Assembly (NCBI GenBank): GCA_965223865.1 | Contig: OZ245020.1 | Location: 1,472,001 to 1,536,000 of the forward strand | Direction of reading: 5' to 3' | Length of the DNA: 64,000 bases | Origin: Nitrosarchaeum sp. | Lineage (GTDB): Archaea > Thermoproteota > Nitrososphaeria > Nitrososphaerales > Nitrosopumilaceae | In this document: one piece after another, positions 10,579 to 20,700 of the stretch | Position numbering within the stretch: position 1 is the stretch's first letter | How the letters are laid out: each line of letters starts with the position of its first letter | The notes under the pieces: model-generated | What the model saw: only the letters and a program-made list of their open reading frames with translations | The model's database searches: none | What the model was told of the DNA's origin: nothing | Program-made: the position numbers and the translations under genes

Positions 10579-10879
10579 TTTGTATTAACACATATCAGAT
10601 AAAAGGGAAATGGTATGTATTAGTAATTTTTTTATGTTGTTCTACAAAGTGGTCATGGATACCACAAAAATTTTAATCCAAAATTATTATTAGATTGATT
10701 TACTTAATTTAGACATCAATAAACCGCATATACATAAATTGTAAAGAAAAATTTGATTACCCTATGAAATATTGGGGAGATCAATCCCACAGGTGGTGCT
10801 CTCAACAACATAAGGAATTATTTGAAGAGAAAAATAATTTAAAAAATAAATTACCTGAGACCTCTTTTGTAAATAAGAA

Positions 10880-11188
10880 GTGATAGTAATGGGTTTAGAT
10901 TCTGAGATTAAATTAACAAAAGAAGAATTAGATAATATTGAAAAATGTTTTGAGACAGATAGAGTAAAAATTACTCAACAATTTGGGCATGATGATAACG
11001 CTGATATGAGTCTTCAACTCTTTAAAACATTCAAACAGCAAATACTATTGAATCAAGAAATAGCTGAAAGACTTCGAGAACGACAAGATTATCACTTATT
11101 ATGTGAGGGTAAATTTGAATCAGGGTCGGATATTGCTCGATATCATCATGCCATTTGGGAAGAGCTAAATCAAATTGAGAAAGGATAA
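10880..11188 (+). CDS. hypothetical protein
   Basis: 102-aa helical ORF. Confidence 0.7.
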   Translation: MIVMGLDSEIKLTKEELDNIEKCFETDRVKITQQFGHDDNADMSLQLFKTFKQQILLNQEIAERLRERQDYHLLCEGKFESGSDIARYHHAIWEELNQIEKG

Positions 11189-11346
11189 TTCCCAATAATC
11201 ATATTTACGATTTCGTTGTTTCATCTTATAATTTTAGAAAAAAACAAAGCAGTTCAAAATATAATTAAAATAATTTTCTTATTATCTAAAGACGATCTTA
11301 TTGCAAATAAGAAATAAACGATACAAGAGATTCAGATTTGAGTTTA

Positions 11347-11422
11347 AAAATAGAATTGATGGACGCCTAGAGAATAGATGACTTGAAAGGTGGCGCCCAT
11401 CAAATCTGTGGCTTAACGTAAT
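11347..11422 (-). ncRNA. candidate small hairpin RNA, copy B
   Basis: 12-bp stem 11356-11367/11392-11403 with G-U on the minus strand; same flanking motifs as copy A; TATA-like TATATAC about 20-25 nt upstream. Confidence 0.4.
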
Positions 11423-11574
11423 AAGTTATGATTTACAAGTATATAGATTTTAGTATATACTAAATAAACAAGTACAAAATAGATAATCAAAATTATCTTT
11501 ATACGACTGTTAATGGCAAATTTCTATCAAGAGACAAACTTGTTAATAAAGAAAAAAATCAGTACCAAATAGTA

Positions 11575-11889
11575 TTGATTCATGCAGAAATCAGCATATA
11601 TCCGATGGGAACAAATTCAACTAGTGCCAGTTTTTACATTGCAAAGGCAATAGAATCAATTCAAAGTATACAAGATATAAGATATCAAATTAATCCAATG
11701 GGCACAATTTTAGAATCGGACAATATTGATGCAATTTACGAAGCATCAAAAAAAATGATGGAAGTGGTCCATAATTTAGGAGTAAATAGAGTAGAGATAG
11801 TCCTGAAAGTAGATTCTAGAAAAGATAAACAAGTAAAGATGGAAGAAAAATTAGATTCGATCAAAAAACAGATGAATTTCGAAAATTAA
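11575..11889 (+). CDS. MTH1187/YkoF-like thiamine-binding protein
   Basis: AEISIYPMG, PMGTILE and KVDSRKDK motifs. Confidence 0.85.
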   Translation: MIHAEISIYPMGTNSTSASFYIAKAIESIQSIQDIRYQINPMGTILESDNIDAIYEASKKMMEVVHNLGVNRVEIVLKVDSRKDKQVKMEEKLDSIKKQMNFEN

Positions 11890-12989
11890 AAATTTCTCAG
11901 AATATTAAAGTAAGTATCGCGTTGTGCAGGTTTTCTACCAATCTCTTTAACCATAGTTGCCAATTCATCAATAGATGAAGTGGTAGGTTTTCCAGCAGCA
12001 CGATAAATTTCCTCAGAAAATGCAGTTCCAACCAAATCATTACCGCCATTTGATAAAGCTACTTGGGCTAGTTTTTTCCCATATGCTACCCAATATACTG
12101 AAATGTTGTTTAAAACATTAGCAAGCATTAGTCTTGATAGTGCAATAACTCTCAGGTCGTAAACAGAAGAGCATTCATTATTCACTAAATGTTTCTGTTC
12201 AAGTTCTGTGTTATCAAGACTAAACTTTAGTGGAATCAGAGTAATAAATCCACCAGTCTTTTTTTGTAATTCTCTAATTTTTATTAAATGATCAACTATA
12301 TGCTCAGGTTTTTCAATATGGCCATAAAGCATTGTAACATTGCTTTTTATTCCAAGCTGATGAGCTTGCTCTATTGTATCAAGCCATTCTTGTCCACTAC
12401 ACTTTCCTCTAACTATCTTTTCTCGTATGTCTGGATGAAATAACTCAGCACCTCCCCCTGGCATAGTATCCAAACCTGCATCTTTTAGACGAGAAAGAAT
12501 TTCTTTAATAGAGTTTTTAGTGAGTTTAGAAAGATAAAAAATTTCAGCTGCTGTGAGTGCTTTTATTTTTAGTTCAGGATGATTCTTTCTAATTATTCTT
12601 ATCATATCTTCGTAATATTCTAATGGAAGTTTTGGGTGAAAGCCACCTACGATGTGGACTTCGGTTGCACCCATATCTTTGGCAATAGAGACACGTTGTT
12701 CAATTTGTTCAGGGGTTAACGTGTAAGCATCCTCTGCTCCATCTTTGCGATAAAATGCACACATTTGACAGCTAGCAGCACAAACATTTGTGTAATTCAT
12801 GTAGTATGATGCTGCAAATGATACGGTATCACCAACTAATTTTTTTCTGGAAATATCGGCAACTGCTCCAAGCATGTGTAAATTGTCATAATTCATCAAT
12901 TCTAATCCATCATTATACGACAGTTCTTCTCCAGCAATTGCTCGATCTAATGCCTGAGAATCCCCTATTAGTTGTTCTAACACATCCAA
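11886..12989 (-). CDS. mqnE: CofH/MqnC/MqnE-family radical SAM enzyme, most like aminofutalosine synthase
   Basis: NYTNVCAASCQMCAF (CxxxCxxC), EVHIVGGFHP, MPGGGAE, TMLYGHIE; likely TTG start at 12989. Confidence 0.7.
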   Translation of the reverse strand: MDVLEQLIGDSQALDRAIAGEELSYNDGLELMNYDNLHMLGAVADISRKKLVGDTVSFAASYYMNYTNVCAASCQMCAFYRKDGAEDAYTLTPEQIEQRVSIAKDMGATEVHIVGGFHPKLPLEYYEDMIRIIRKNHPELKIKALTAAEIFYLSKLTKNSIKEILSRLKDAGLDTMPGGGAELFHPDIREKIVRGKCSGQEWLDTIEQAHQLGIKSNVTMLYGHIEKPEHIVDHLIKIRELQKKTGGFITLIPLKFSLDNTELEQKHLVNNECSSVYDLRVIALSRLMLANVLNNISVYWVAYGKKLAQVALSNGGNDLVGTAFSEEIYRAAGKPTTSSIDELATMVKEIGRKPAQRDTYFNILRNF

Positions 12990-13062
12990 AGTCTTCTGTT
13001 TAAGGATATATTCCTTAACTGTTAGTCTCAAGAGATAATTAGGTAAAAAAGCTAGAAAAGAC

Positions 13063-13236
13063 ATGGTTCTTCCCCTAGTTGATGAAACCAAGCCAAAGTG
13101 TTATTATTGCCATGAGAAATTCGATAATATCGAAAAATTACGTGAGCATCAAAAAGAAGAACATAATGAACTACTTGAATCTCATGAAAATGACATTAAG
13201 AGAGAACCAGCGCCAGGAGATGTTACAGTATTTTAG
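13063..13236 (+). CDS. 57-aa C2H2 zinc-finger microprotein
   Basis: Manual translation MVLPLVDETKPKCYYCHEKFDNIEKLREHQKEEH...REPAPGDVTVF. Confidence 0.8.
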   Translation: MVLPLVDETKPKCYYCHEKFDNIEKLREHQKEEHNELLESHENDIKREPAPGDVTVF

Positions 13237-13732
13237 ATTTTTCTTCTTTAATTGATTTTAACAATTCTTGAGCAATTTTCATGCTGAAAGATGCAATATT
13301 AAAATTTTTATCAATAGATAAAGCCTTTTTGAAATGTTTTATTGCATTTGAAAGATCGCCTAATTCACCAAGAGAAAGTCCTTTGTATGCCAATGCCAAT
13401 GCCGATTTTTTATCAATCTTTAATGCTTCATCATAGCAGATGATAGCTTCTTTATAATTACCAAGTGTATGCAATGAAGAACCCTTGTTAAGTAAAGCAT
13501 CAAAGTTTTGAGAATTTATCTTAATAGCTTTATCATACAATCGAATTGCTTGTTTAACCTTACCTATGTTTTGAAGTGTTACTCCTTTATCTATAAGTGC
13601 ATTAAGATTTTCAGGGTCTAGTTTTAAAGCTAAATCATATAGTTTTAGTGCATTTTGATAATCTCCATCTTCACATAATTCATAAGCTTGCGCGAGCATT
13701 TCATCTATTTTTGTCATTGGTAGAGATAACAC
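13223..13732 (-). CDS. TPR repeat protein
   Basis: About four 34-aa TPR repeats. Confidence 0.9.
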   Translation of the reverse strand: MLSLPMTKIDEMLAQAYELCEDGDYQNALKLYDLALKLDPENLNALIDKGVTLQNIGKVKQAIRLYDKAIKINSQNFDALLNKGSSLHTLGNYKEAIICYDEALKIDKKSALALAYKGLSLGELGDLSNAIKHFKKALSIDKNFNIASFSMKIAQELLKSIKEEKSKIL

Positions 13733-14137
13733 TTTATCAATAATATAGATTCACCAATTGTAAAGTCTTGACTTTTGTTATTGTTTTAAACTAGTGCCAG
13801 TAATTCATTTAAGAGTTAATCAACATAGAGATTAAAAATAAACCTAATCCAATACCTCCCGCAATAAGCAAGATGTTTTTGGTAACTACTAAACTTCTTA
13901 CGATTTCATTGATTATCATACCTATTCAAGGCCATTTTTGACAAATAGATGCTCCGTGTAGTACACAGATAACCTAAACCCAATAACCAGCTAAATGAGC
14001 TAAATTTATCTATGTCTAATATCCATCCAGGAAAATTCTTCGAATCCTTGTTGGAACTAGAAATGGAATGATTCTTTCTTATTATGATTATTTTTTAAAA
14101 AAATTAGTGCTGTTAGTAACATGATTATTTTTTCTCC

Positions 14138-14260
14138 TTAACCACAAGTCTGTCCTTCTCTCTCGCAAGTTTGGCAATTTACTTGATCATTTGAACCACG
14201 CCAATGGTCTTTTTTTAAATGTCCGCATTTCTCACAATATTTTATTTCTTTATCATTCAT
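14138..14260 (-). CDS. 40-aa Cys/His-rich microprotein
   Basis: Manual translation MNDKEIKYCEKCGHLKKDHWRGSNDQVNCQTCEREGQTCG. Confidence 0.65.
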   Translation of the reverse strand: MNDKEIKYCEKCGHLKKDHWRGSNDQVNCQTCEREGQTCG

Positions 14261-14284
14261 TATTTCTTGTTAATTACAATTTTG

Positions 14285-17200
14285 TTATTTCTTATTCGTA
14301 AACTCTGTTATGATCTTTCTACCTCCATAAAACATCATTGCAGGTGCTGCAACATACATTCCAAGATTCATCAAAATGACACCAATACCATATCCTAAAA
14401 TTTCTTCTTCAGAGTCTGCCATTGACATTATAGAAAGAGATGACAACATCGGAATTATTCCAATCTTTACTAGTTCTTTGAATGCTGGGTTTTCTCTTTC
14501 ATAGTCTGCAATGGATGGTGAAAATGAATAGTATGCCTGGTTGAACCATGTCATAAATGATGCACCAGATTCTGTACTCATTACCTTATTGTCTCTAATT
14601 TCTCTAAGGAATTGTACCTGTGGTGCCATCTCAGAACCATACGTTGCAGTAGCAATTAGACATCCACCTCCTTCTGATTGCTCAACCAATTCACATTTTC
14701 CATTGATTAGTTCTGTTCCAGGACCACACTGTCCAATTTTTGGTTCTGGTCTTGGTTCTTCTTTGGGTTCATCTAATCCAACTGCCTGGTAAATTGAAGT
14801 GTATTCAGGATAGTTCTCATCAAACCACTCTTTGTAGCTTGGCTCATTGTTGTATCTATCAACATAGTATTGTGGATCTTGATTTGGATCTACAAAGGCA
14901 GGAATTTCTACTGGTTCTTCTAATCCAACTGCCTGGTAAATTGAAGTGTATTCAGGATAGTTCTCATCAAACCACTCTTTGTAGCTTGGCTCATTGTTGT
15001 ATCTATCAACATAGTATTGTGGATCTTTTGTCTCATCAACAAAAGGTGCAAGTCCCAAATCTTTTGATTCTGGTTCCTTTGGTTCTGTTGGTTCAGGTTC
15101 CTTTGTTGGTTCTGGTTCTTTTGTTGGTTCAGATTCTTTTACATCATTAACAGTAATTGTAACAGGTTGTTTGTCTGTCATGGCTTCTTTCTTTGCCACT
15201 ATATCAAACACATATGATTTTCCACCTTGAGAACTAGAAGGGGTCCATGTAAATTCTCCGGTCTTAGAATTTATTGAGGATCCTGATGGATTTTTTTCTA
15301 AACGAAATATAACATCTTCTAAGCTTTCTGTTGTTTTAACAGTAAATCTTAAGACTTGTTTTTCATTTATGGTAAATTTGCCCATTGGGCTTATCTCTAA
15401 TATTGCTTCTTTTGGAGTTGCAGAAACTTCAGAAGCAGTGCTTGTTCCGACTGAGTTAATTGCAGAAATTTTGTATGTGTATGTTGAATCTATTTGTACA
15501 TTAGAATCAACATACGATGTTGACGTACTCTTGGTATTTGATTCTAATATCGAAAAGGCATCAGAATCTCTTTGTACTTCTATCTTATAGCCTGTGATTT
15601 TTGAATTACCATCAGATGAGGGTGCCTTCCATGAAATTTGGATTTCAGATGAGGTTGCAACTGCATTTAGACTTCTAGGCTGTGTTGGTATAGTTACAGG
15701 GTCAGTAGATGTTGGAGGTTTTGAGTCTTCTGTCGGAGTGGCAGATGCAACATTTGATTTAGGAGTACTTCCTACAGATAGATTTGCAGTTACAACATAA
15801 CTGTATGTCTTGTCAGTTTCTAAACCACTAACAGTATATGTTGTTGTACTTCCACCTATTCTAGCTACATCTTCATAAAGGATATCTTCAATAATTTCAC
15901 GCTCTATAACATAACCTGTTATTGATTGCTTGAAGGTCTCTGTTGGAGGTAACCAAGACAATAAAATTTGATTCTTTGAAATTGGTATTGCAGTAAGTCC
16001 AGCAGGAGATTGTGTAGGACCAGGTTTTGCAGATACTGTAGATGATGCGCCACTTGTTCCCTCGGAATTAATTGCATATACTCTATATCTGTAGGTTTCA
16101 CCTTCTTCTAGTCCTGTATGTAGATATGATGTTGCAGTATTCATGGTATCACCAACAATTGTTGTGTATGATCCGCTACCTTCTCTTACCTCGATCTTGT
16201 AGCCTGTTATTTCAGATACATCCTCATCAAGTTCCGGCGCATCCCATGTTATTATAATTGAGGTTTGTGATGCTTCAGATGCCTTTAGGCCTTTTGGAGC
16301 AGGAGGAACATCATTGGAGGAGCTACCACCGCCATTACTACTAGCACCACCAGGAACTGAAAGCATTTGTATTCGATGATTATCAGTATCTGCCACATAC
16401 AACAAACCATTTGTTGTATCTATTGCTAAACCCGATGGAGAGTTGAATTTACCATCACTTGAACCAGAAGAACCAAATTCTTCTACAAAGCATACTCCGT
16501 CAATAATCTCATCAGTTCCACTTGGACATGTATTGCCAGATACTATCTCAAAGACCTGTACTCTATGATTTTCAGTATCTGCCACATACAACAAGTTATC
16601 ATCTTCATCAAATGCCAAACCTGCTGGTTCATCAAATCTACCCTCAGCTGAACCTGAAGAACCAAAATTATCTACAAAGCATACCTGATCATTGACAATC
16701 TCATCAGTTCCACTTGGGCAGTTGTCTCCATTTGTCAGCTCAAATATCTGAATTCTATGATTTTCAGTATCTGCCACATACAACATGCTATTGTCCTCAT
16801 CAATTACCATACCTGAGGGATTTCTAAATTCATCATTACTTGAACCAGTATCCCCAAAATTAAACTGAAAATCACCGTCATCATCAAAAACAGAGATAGA
16901 GTCAGTGGTAGAATCAGCCACATAGACATAATCAGATTTTTTGTGTATTGCAATTGCGCTAGGTGAACCCAGATATTCATCATCGCCGCTGTCAGATGAA
17001 CCAAACTCTAGATTATCATAGTCACCATCTGATTGGAATCTTTGAACACGGTTGTTATCTGAATCCACAACATAGATGTCTCCATTGTCTTTGTTAATTG
17101 CCAAATCAGTGGGCATGTCAAATCTGCCATCACTAGAACCAGAACTACCAAAGATTTCATCAAAACATACCTCATCGTCTATAATCTCATCATTCCCACT

Positions 17201-18475
17201 TGAACAGTTGTCTCCTCCTGTAAGCTCATACATCTTGATTCGATTATTTTCACTATCTACCACATAGAGCGTTTTGCCGTCATTACTTATTGCAAGATCT
17301 GTTGGTCTATCAAACTCATCCTCATCAGTTCCTTGACTCCCAAATTCATCAGAGAATGAAAGAACATCTGATGTATCTCCTATAACTGAAAGCATTTGTA
17401 TTCGATGATTATCAGTATCTGCCACATACAACAAACCATTTGTTGTATCTATTGCTAAACCCGATGGAGAGTTGAATTTACCATCACTTGAACCAGAAGA
17501 ACCAAATTCTTCTACAAAGCATACTCCGTCAATAATCTCATCAGTTCCACTTGGACATGTATTGCCAGATACTATCTCAAAGACCTGTACTCTATGATTT
17601 TCAGTATCTGCCACATACAACAAGTTATCATCTTCATCAAATGCCAAACCTGCTGGTTCATCAAATCTACCCTCAGCTGAACCTGAAGAACCAAAATTAT
17701 CTACAAAGCATACCTGATCATTGACAATCTCATCAGTTCCACTTGGGCAGTTGTCTCCATTTGTCAGCTCAAATATCTGAATTCTATGATTTTCAGTATC
17801 TGCCACATACAACATGCTATTGTCCTCATCAATTACCATACCTGAGGGATTTCTAAATTCATCATTACTTGAACCAGTATCCCCAAAATTAAACTGAAAA
17901 TCACCGTCATCATCAAAAACAGAGATAGAGTCAGTGGTAGAATCAGCCACATAGACATAATCAGATTTTTTGTGTATTGCAATTGCGCTAGGTGAACCCA
18001 GATATTCATCATCGCCGCTGTCAGATGAACCAAACTCTAGATTATCATAGTCACCATCTGATTGGAATCTTTGAACACGGTTGTTATCTGAATCCACAAC
18101 ATAGATGTCTCCATTGTCTTTGTTAATTGCCAAATCAGTGGGCATGTCAAATCTGCCATCACTAGAACCAGAACTACCAAAGATTTCATCAAAACATACC
18201 TCATCGTCTATAATCTCATCATTCCCACTTGAACAGTTGTCTCCTCCTGTAAGCTCATACATCTTGATTCGATTATTTTCACTATCTACCACATAGAGCG
18301 TTTTGCCGTCATTACTTATTGCAAGATCTGTTGGTCTATCAAACTCATCCTCATCAGTTCCTTGACTCCCAAATTCATCAGAGAATGAAAATTCAGCAAA
18401 AGAAAATTGAGAGTAAGCAAATACGCCTAATACCAATGAACCAAATAGCAAGCAAAATAGCGCACTTCTAACCAA
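14285..18475 (-). CDS. large surface protein: two NHL beta-propeller modules, three FN3 domains, Ig/cadherin-like domain, CFI-box-CTERM anchor
   Basis: Signal peptide; repeated F..P..LA.D...LYVADT.NHRIQ.F; W.AP....ITGY.IE...Y.YRV.AIN..G; GGGCLIATATYGSEMAPQVQ. Confidence 0.92.
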   Translation of the reverse strand: MVRSALFCLLFGSLVLGVFAYSQFSFAEFSFSDEFGSQGTDEDEFDRPTDLAISNDGKTLYVVDSENNRIKMYELTGGDNCSSGNDEIIDDEVCFDEIFGSSGSSDGRFDMPTDLAINKDNGDIYVVDSDNNRVQRFQSDGDYDNLEFGSSDSGDDEYLGSPSAIAIHKKSDYVYVADSTTDSISVFDDDGDFQFNFGDTGSSNDEFRNPSGMVIDEDNSMLYVADTENHRIQIFELTNGDNCPSGTDEIVNDQVCFVDNFGSSGSAEGRFDEPAGLAFDEDDNLLYVADTENHRVQVFEIVSGNTCPSGTDEIIDGVCFVEEFGSSGSSDGKFNSPSGLAIDTTNGLLYVADTDNHRIQMLSVIGDTSDVLSFSDEFGSQGTDEDEFDRPTDLAISNDGKTLYVVDSENNRIKMYELTGGDNCSSGNDEIIDDEVCFDEIFGSSGSSDGRFDMPTDLAINKDNGDIYVVDSDNNRVQRFQSDGDYDNLEFGSSDSGDDEYLGSPSAIAIHKKSDYVYVADSTTDSISVFDDDGDFQFNFGDTGSSNDEFRNPSGMVIDEDNSMLYVADTENHRIQIFELTNGDNCPSGTDEIVNDQVCFVDNFGSSGSAEGRFDEPAGLAFDEDDNLLYVADTENHRVQVFEIVSGNTCPSGTDEIIDGVCFVEEFGSSGSSDGKFNSPSGLAIDTTNGLLYVADTDNHRIQMLSVPGGASSNGGGSSSNDVPPAPKGLKASEASQTSIIITWDAPELDEDVSEITGYKIEVREGSGSYTTIVGDTMNTATSYLHTGLEEGETYRYRVYAINSEGTSGASSTVSAKPGPTQSPAGLTAIPISKNQILLSWLPPTETFKQSITGYVIEREIIEDILYEDVARIGGSTTTYTVSGLETDKTYSYVVTANLSVGSTPKSNVASATPTEDSKPPTSTDPVTIPTQPRSLNAVATSSEIQISWKAPSSDGNSKITGYKIEVQRDSDAFSILESNTKSTSTSYVDSNVQIDSTYTYKISAINSVGTSTASEVSATPKEAILEISPMGKFTINEKQVLRFTVKTTESLEDVIFRLEKNPSGSSINSKTGEFTWTPSSSQGGKSYVFDIVAKKEAMTDKQPVTITVNDVKESEPTKEPEPTKEPEPTEPKEPESKDLGLAPFVDETKDPQYYVDRYNNEPSYKEWFDENYPEYTSIYQAVGLEEPVEIPAFVDPNQDPQYYVDRYNNEPSYKEWFDENYPEYTSIYQAVGLDEPKEEPRPEPKIGQCGPGTELINGKCELVEQSEGGGCLIATATYGSEMAPQVQFLREIRDNKVMSTESGASFMTWFNQAYYSFSPSIADYERENPAFKELVKIGIIPMLSSLSIMSMADSEEEILGYGIGVILMNLGMYVAAPAMMFYGGRKIITEFTNKK
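14772..15027. repeat. 109-bp direct repeat pair, period 147
   Basis: 14772-14880 matches 14919-15027; encodes DPQYYVDRYNNEPSYKEWFDENYPEYTSIYQAVGL twice. Confidence 0.9.
16355..18390. repeat. 1007-bp direct repeat pair, period 1029, with a 22-bp unique spacer
   Basis: 16355-17361 matches 17384-18390; no differences seen by eye; shadow ORFs are identical at offset 1029. Confidence 0.92.
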
Positions 18476-18663
18476 TATACTTTTAAAAAATAAAATAAGA
18501 TGTTATTAAAAACTAGGATCAATTTTAACACATCATTAGAAGAATGGTCTTGACTTCTTTTATGTTGAATTTTATTTATTGAAAATTAAGATTTTAATAA
18601 ATTTTGGAATCTTGTAAATTAATATACCCGATGTTATCAGATTAACGAGTTGTCAGTAGTTAA

Positions 18664-18897
18664 TCAAGATGCAAATTTATCTTTGGGATCAATTTCTAAT
18701 GATTTGTTAAAGCATTCTAATGCTTCTTGGCATCTCCCAAGACTTCTTAATGTAACACCTTTGAAATTCCAAAGTTCAGGATCATTTTGATTCAAAAGAA
18801 TTGCTTGCTCAAAACAGGCCAGTGCATCATCAAATTTTCCTTCTTCGAGAAAAGATTTACCTTTGGTAATCAAATCATCATTTTGACCCATTAACAT
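18664..18897 (-). CDS. short TPR protein
   Basis: Two TPR motifs. Confidence 0.85.
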   Translation of the reverse strand: MLMGQNDDLITKGKSFLEEGKFDDALACFEQAILLNQNDPELWNFKGVTLRSLGRCQEALECFNKSLEIDPKDKFAS

Positions 18898-19006
18898 AGT
18901 TGGGTTCCATTTTTATTAAATTTGAACAAATTGACATTTTTAAAATTAAACAAATTTTAATTAATCGTCTTAAAATTTAAATGCATTTTTAACAATAAGA
19001 GAATAA

Positions 19007-19450
19007 ATGAATCTAGATGAAACAGATGAGAAAATTCTTAAAAATTTACTGGTAGATGCAAAACTATCAGCAAGACAATTGTCATTAAAACTTGGCATGT
19101 CAACTGTGACAGTTTTATCAAGAATAAAAAAATTAGAAAAAGAGCATATCATCAAAGGATATACTGTAATTATAGACCATGAAAAGATAGGTTATAACAT
19201 TACAGCAATAATAGAAATCGTTGCAAAAAAAGACAAAATTGTAGACATCGAAGAAGAATTGGCAAAAATCGAAAATGTGTGTGGTGTATATGACATTACA
19301 GGAAGTACGGACACTGTAATTATCACAAAATTCAAAGAACGTAATGAGTTAAGTGAATTTATCAAAGGATTATCTACAATACCTAATGTGGAAAATACAA
19401 TTACGCATGTTGTCTTAAACACAGCCAAAGAAGATTTTAGATTATTTTAG
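19007..19450 (+). CDS. Lrp/AsnC transcriptional regulator
   Basis: LDETD.KIL..L..DA..S, RIKKLE...IIKGY, YDITG..D. Confidence 0.93.
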   Translation: MNLDETDEKILKNLLVDAKLSARQLSLKLGMSTVTVLSRIKKLEKEHIIKGYTVIIDHEKIGYNITAIIEIVAKKDKIVDIEEELAKIENVCGVYDITGSTDTVIITKFKERNELSEFIKGLSTIPNVENTITHVVLNTAKEDFRLF

Positions 19451-19454
19451 AAAA

Positions 19455-20024
19455 ATGAAATATTCTACTTTTTTAATATTTGGAATAATTTTATTCGGAA
19501 CACTACAATTTGTTTCAGCACAAATGGCAGAATCAGAAAAAGAATTAGAAATGAAATTAGTTGTTTCAGATGAAGAAAAAATTATTTTGTTTGGAGGATT
19601 TGCAATTGCTATAATTGCAATTTTTTTGTTTCTTGCAAGAGATATAATTCTAAGGAAAAAGACATCTTATGATTCAGAAGATCTTGAATCGAAGAAAGAC
19701 AAAACATATGAAAAATATCATTCTGATTGGTCTGACGATTATGAAGAATTAGGAACTAGAAAAAACACAAAAGAGGATAAGGAATTCAGGGAAGCATCAG
19801 AGAATTCAACTCTTCCAAATTATTATAAAATTTTAGAGATATCTCAAGATGCCACACAAGAAGAAGTAAAAAACCAATACAGAAAATTAGCAAAGAAAAC
19901 TCATCCAGATAAGACAAAAGATAAGGAAACAGAAAACAGCATGATCGAAATAAACAAGGCATATGAAATCTTGTCAGATGAAGAACTTCGAGAAAAATAT
20001 GACAAGTATTTTAAATCAAGCTAG
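19455..20024 (+). CDS. membrane-anchored J-domain protein
   Basis: NYYKILEI...YRKLAKKTHPDK...INKAYEILSD; N-terminal hydrophobic segments. Confidence 0.9.
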   Translation: MKYSTFLIFGIILFGTLQFVSAQMAESEKELEMKLVVSDEEKIILFGGFAIAIIAIFLFLARDIILRKKTSYDSEDLESKKDKTYEKYHSDWSDDYEELGTRKNTKEDKEFREASENSTLPNYYKILEISQDATQEEVKNQYRKLAKKTHPDKTKDKETENSMIEINKAYEILSDEELREKYDKYFKSS

Positions 20025-20428
20025 TCAGAGTCCAATTTTACCAGAATCATATTCAATTCAATTTTGGAGGAATTTTGCATACTATTTATCAAGTTTGTAA
20101 ATAATGACAAATTTTTCTTCTCACCATTTAGACTGATTTGAGTGGTGATTTTGATTTCATCAAAGTCAGTGTTGGGTCCAAGCATTGTTTTTGATAGTAG
20201 AGGAACAATTGACAAGTCTTTAATAATTCCTTTAATTTTGTAAGCAAATTTGTCGGAAAAGTATGCATCTCCTCTTGTTGTAGGAGCGTTTACAGGTATA
20301 GGAGAATTCATGATTGAAACATCCTCAAGAGAATATTGTAAATTATTCAAATGTAAGTGATATCTCAGAGGGGTTTTTTCTTGTATTTTCATAAGAGAGT
20401 TTAGTAGATCAAGGTCAACTGACATCAT
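20021..20428 (-). CDS. hypothetical protein
   Basis: ORF likely starting MMSVDL; PVNAPTTRGDAYFSD motif. Confidence 0.75.
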   Translation of the reverse strand: MMSVDLDLLNSLMKIQEKTPLRYHLHLNNLQYSLEDVSIMNSPIPVNAPTTRGDAYFSDKFAYKIKGIIKDLSIVPLLSKTMLGPNTDFDEIKITTQISLNGEKKNLSLFTNLINSMQNSSKIELNMILVKLDSD

Positions 20429-20700
20429 TAAAAATAAAAACATAATTCTATTGAGTGTTTCGTAAAATGTATAATATTTCATTTTTCATATAAAATTTTC
20501 AGATGGAAGCTTTGGATTTACAATGAATTAAGAGGGATATAAAACAGGAATTACAATATTTTGGTAGTCATGAAATTATTTTATGTATATTACAATAAGA
20601 ACGATTACTTGTCTGAATTGTTAGAAAAAACCAATTTCAGCCAGAGTCAGATGTTTGATATCATCATAATTGCTAAATATTTCCATCAGTATGATTTTCT

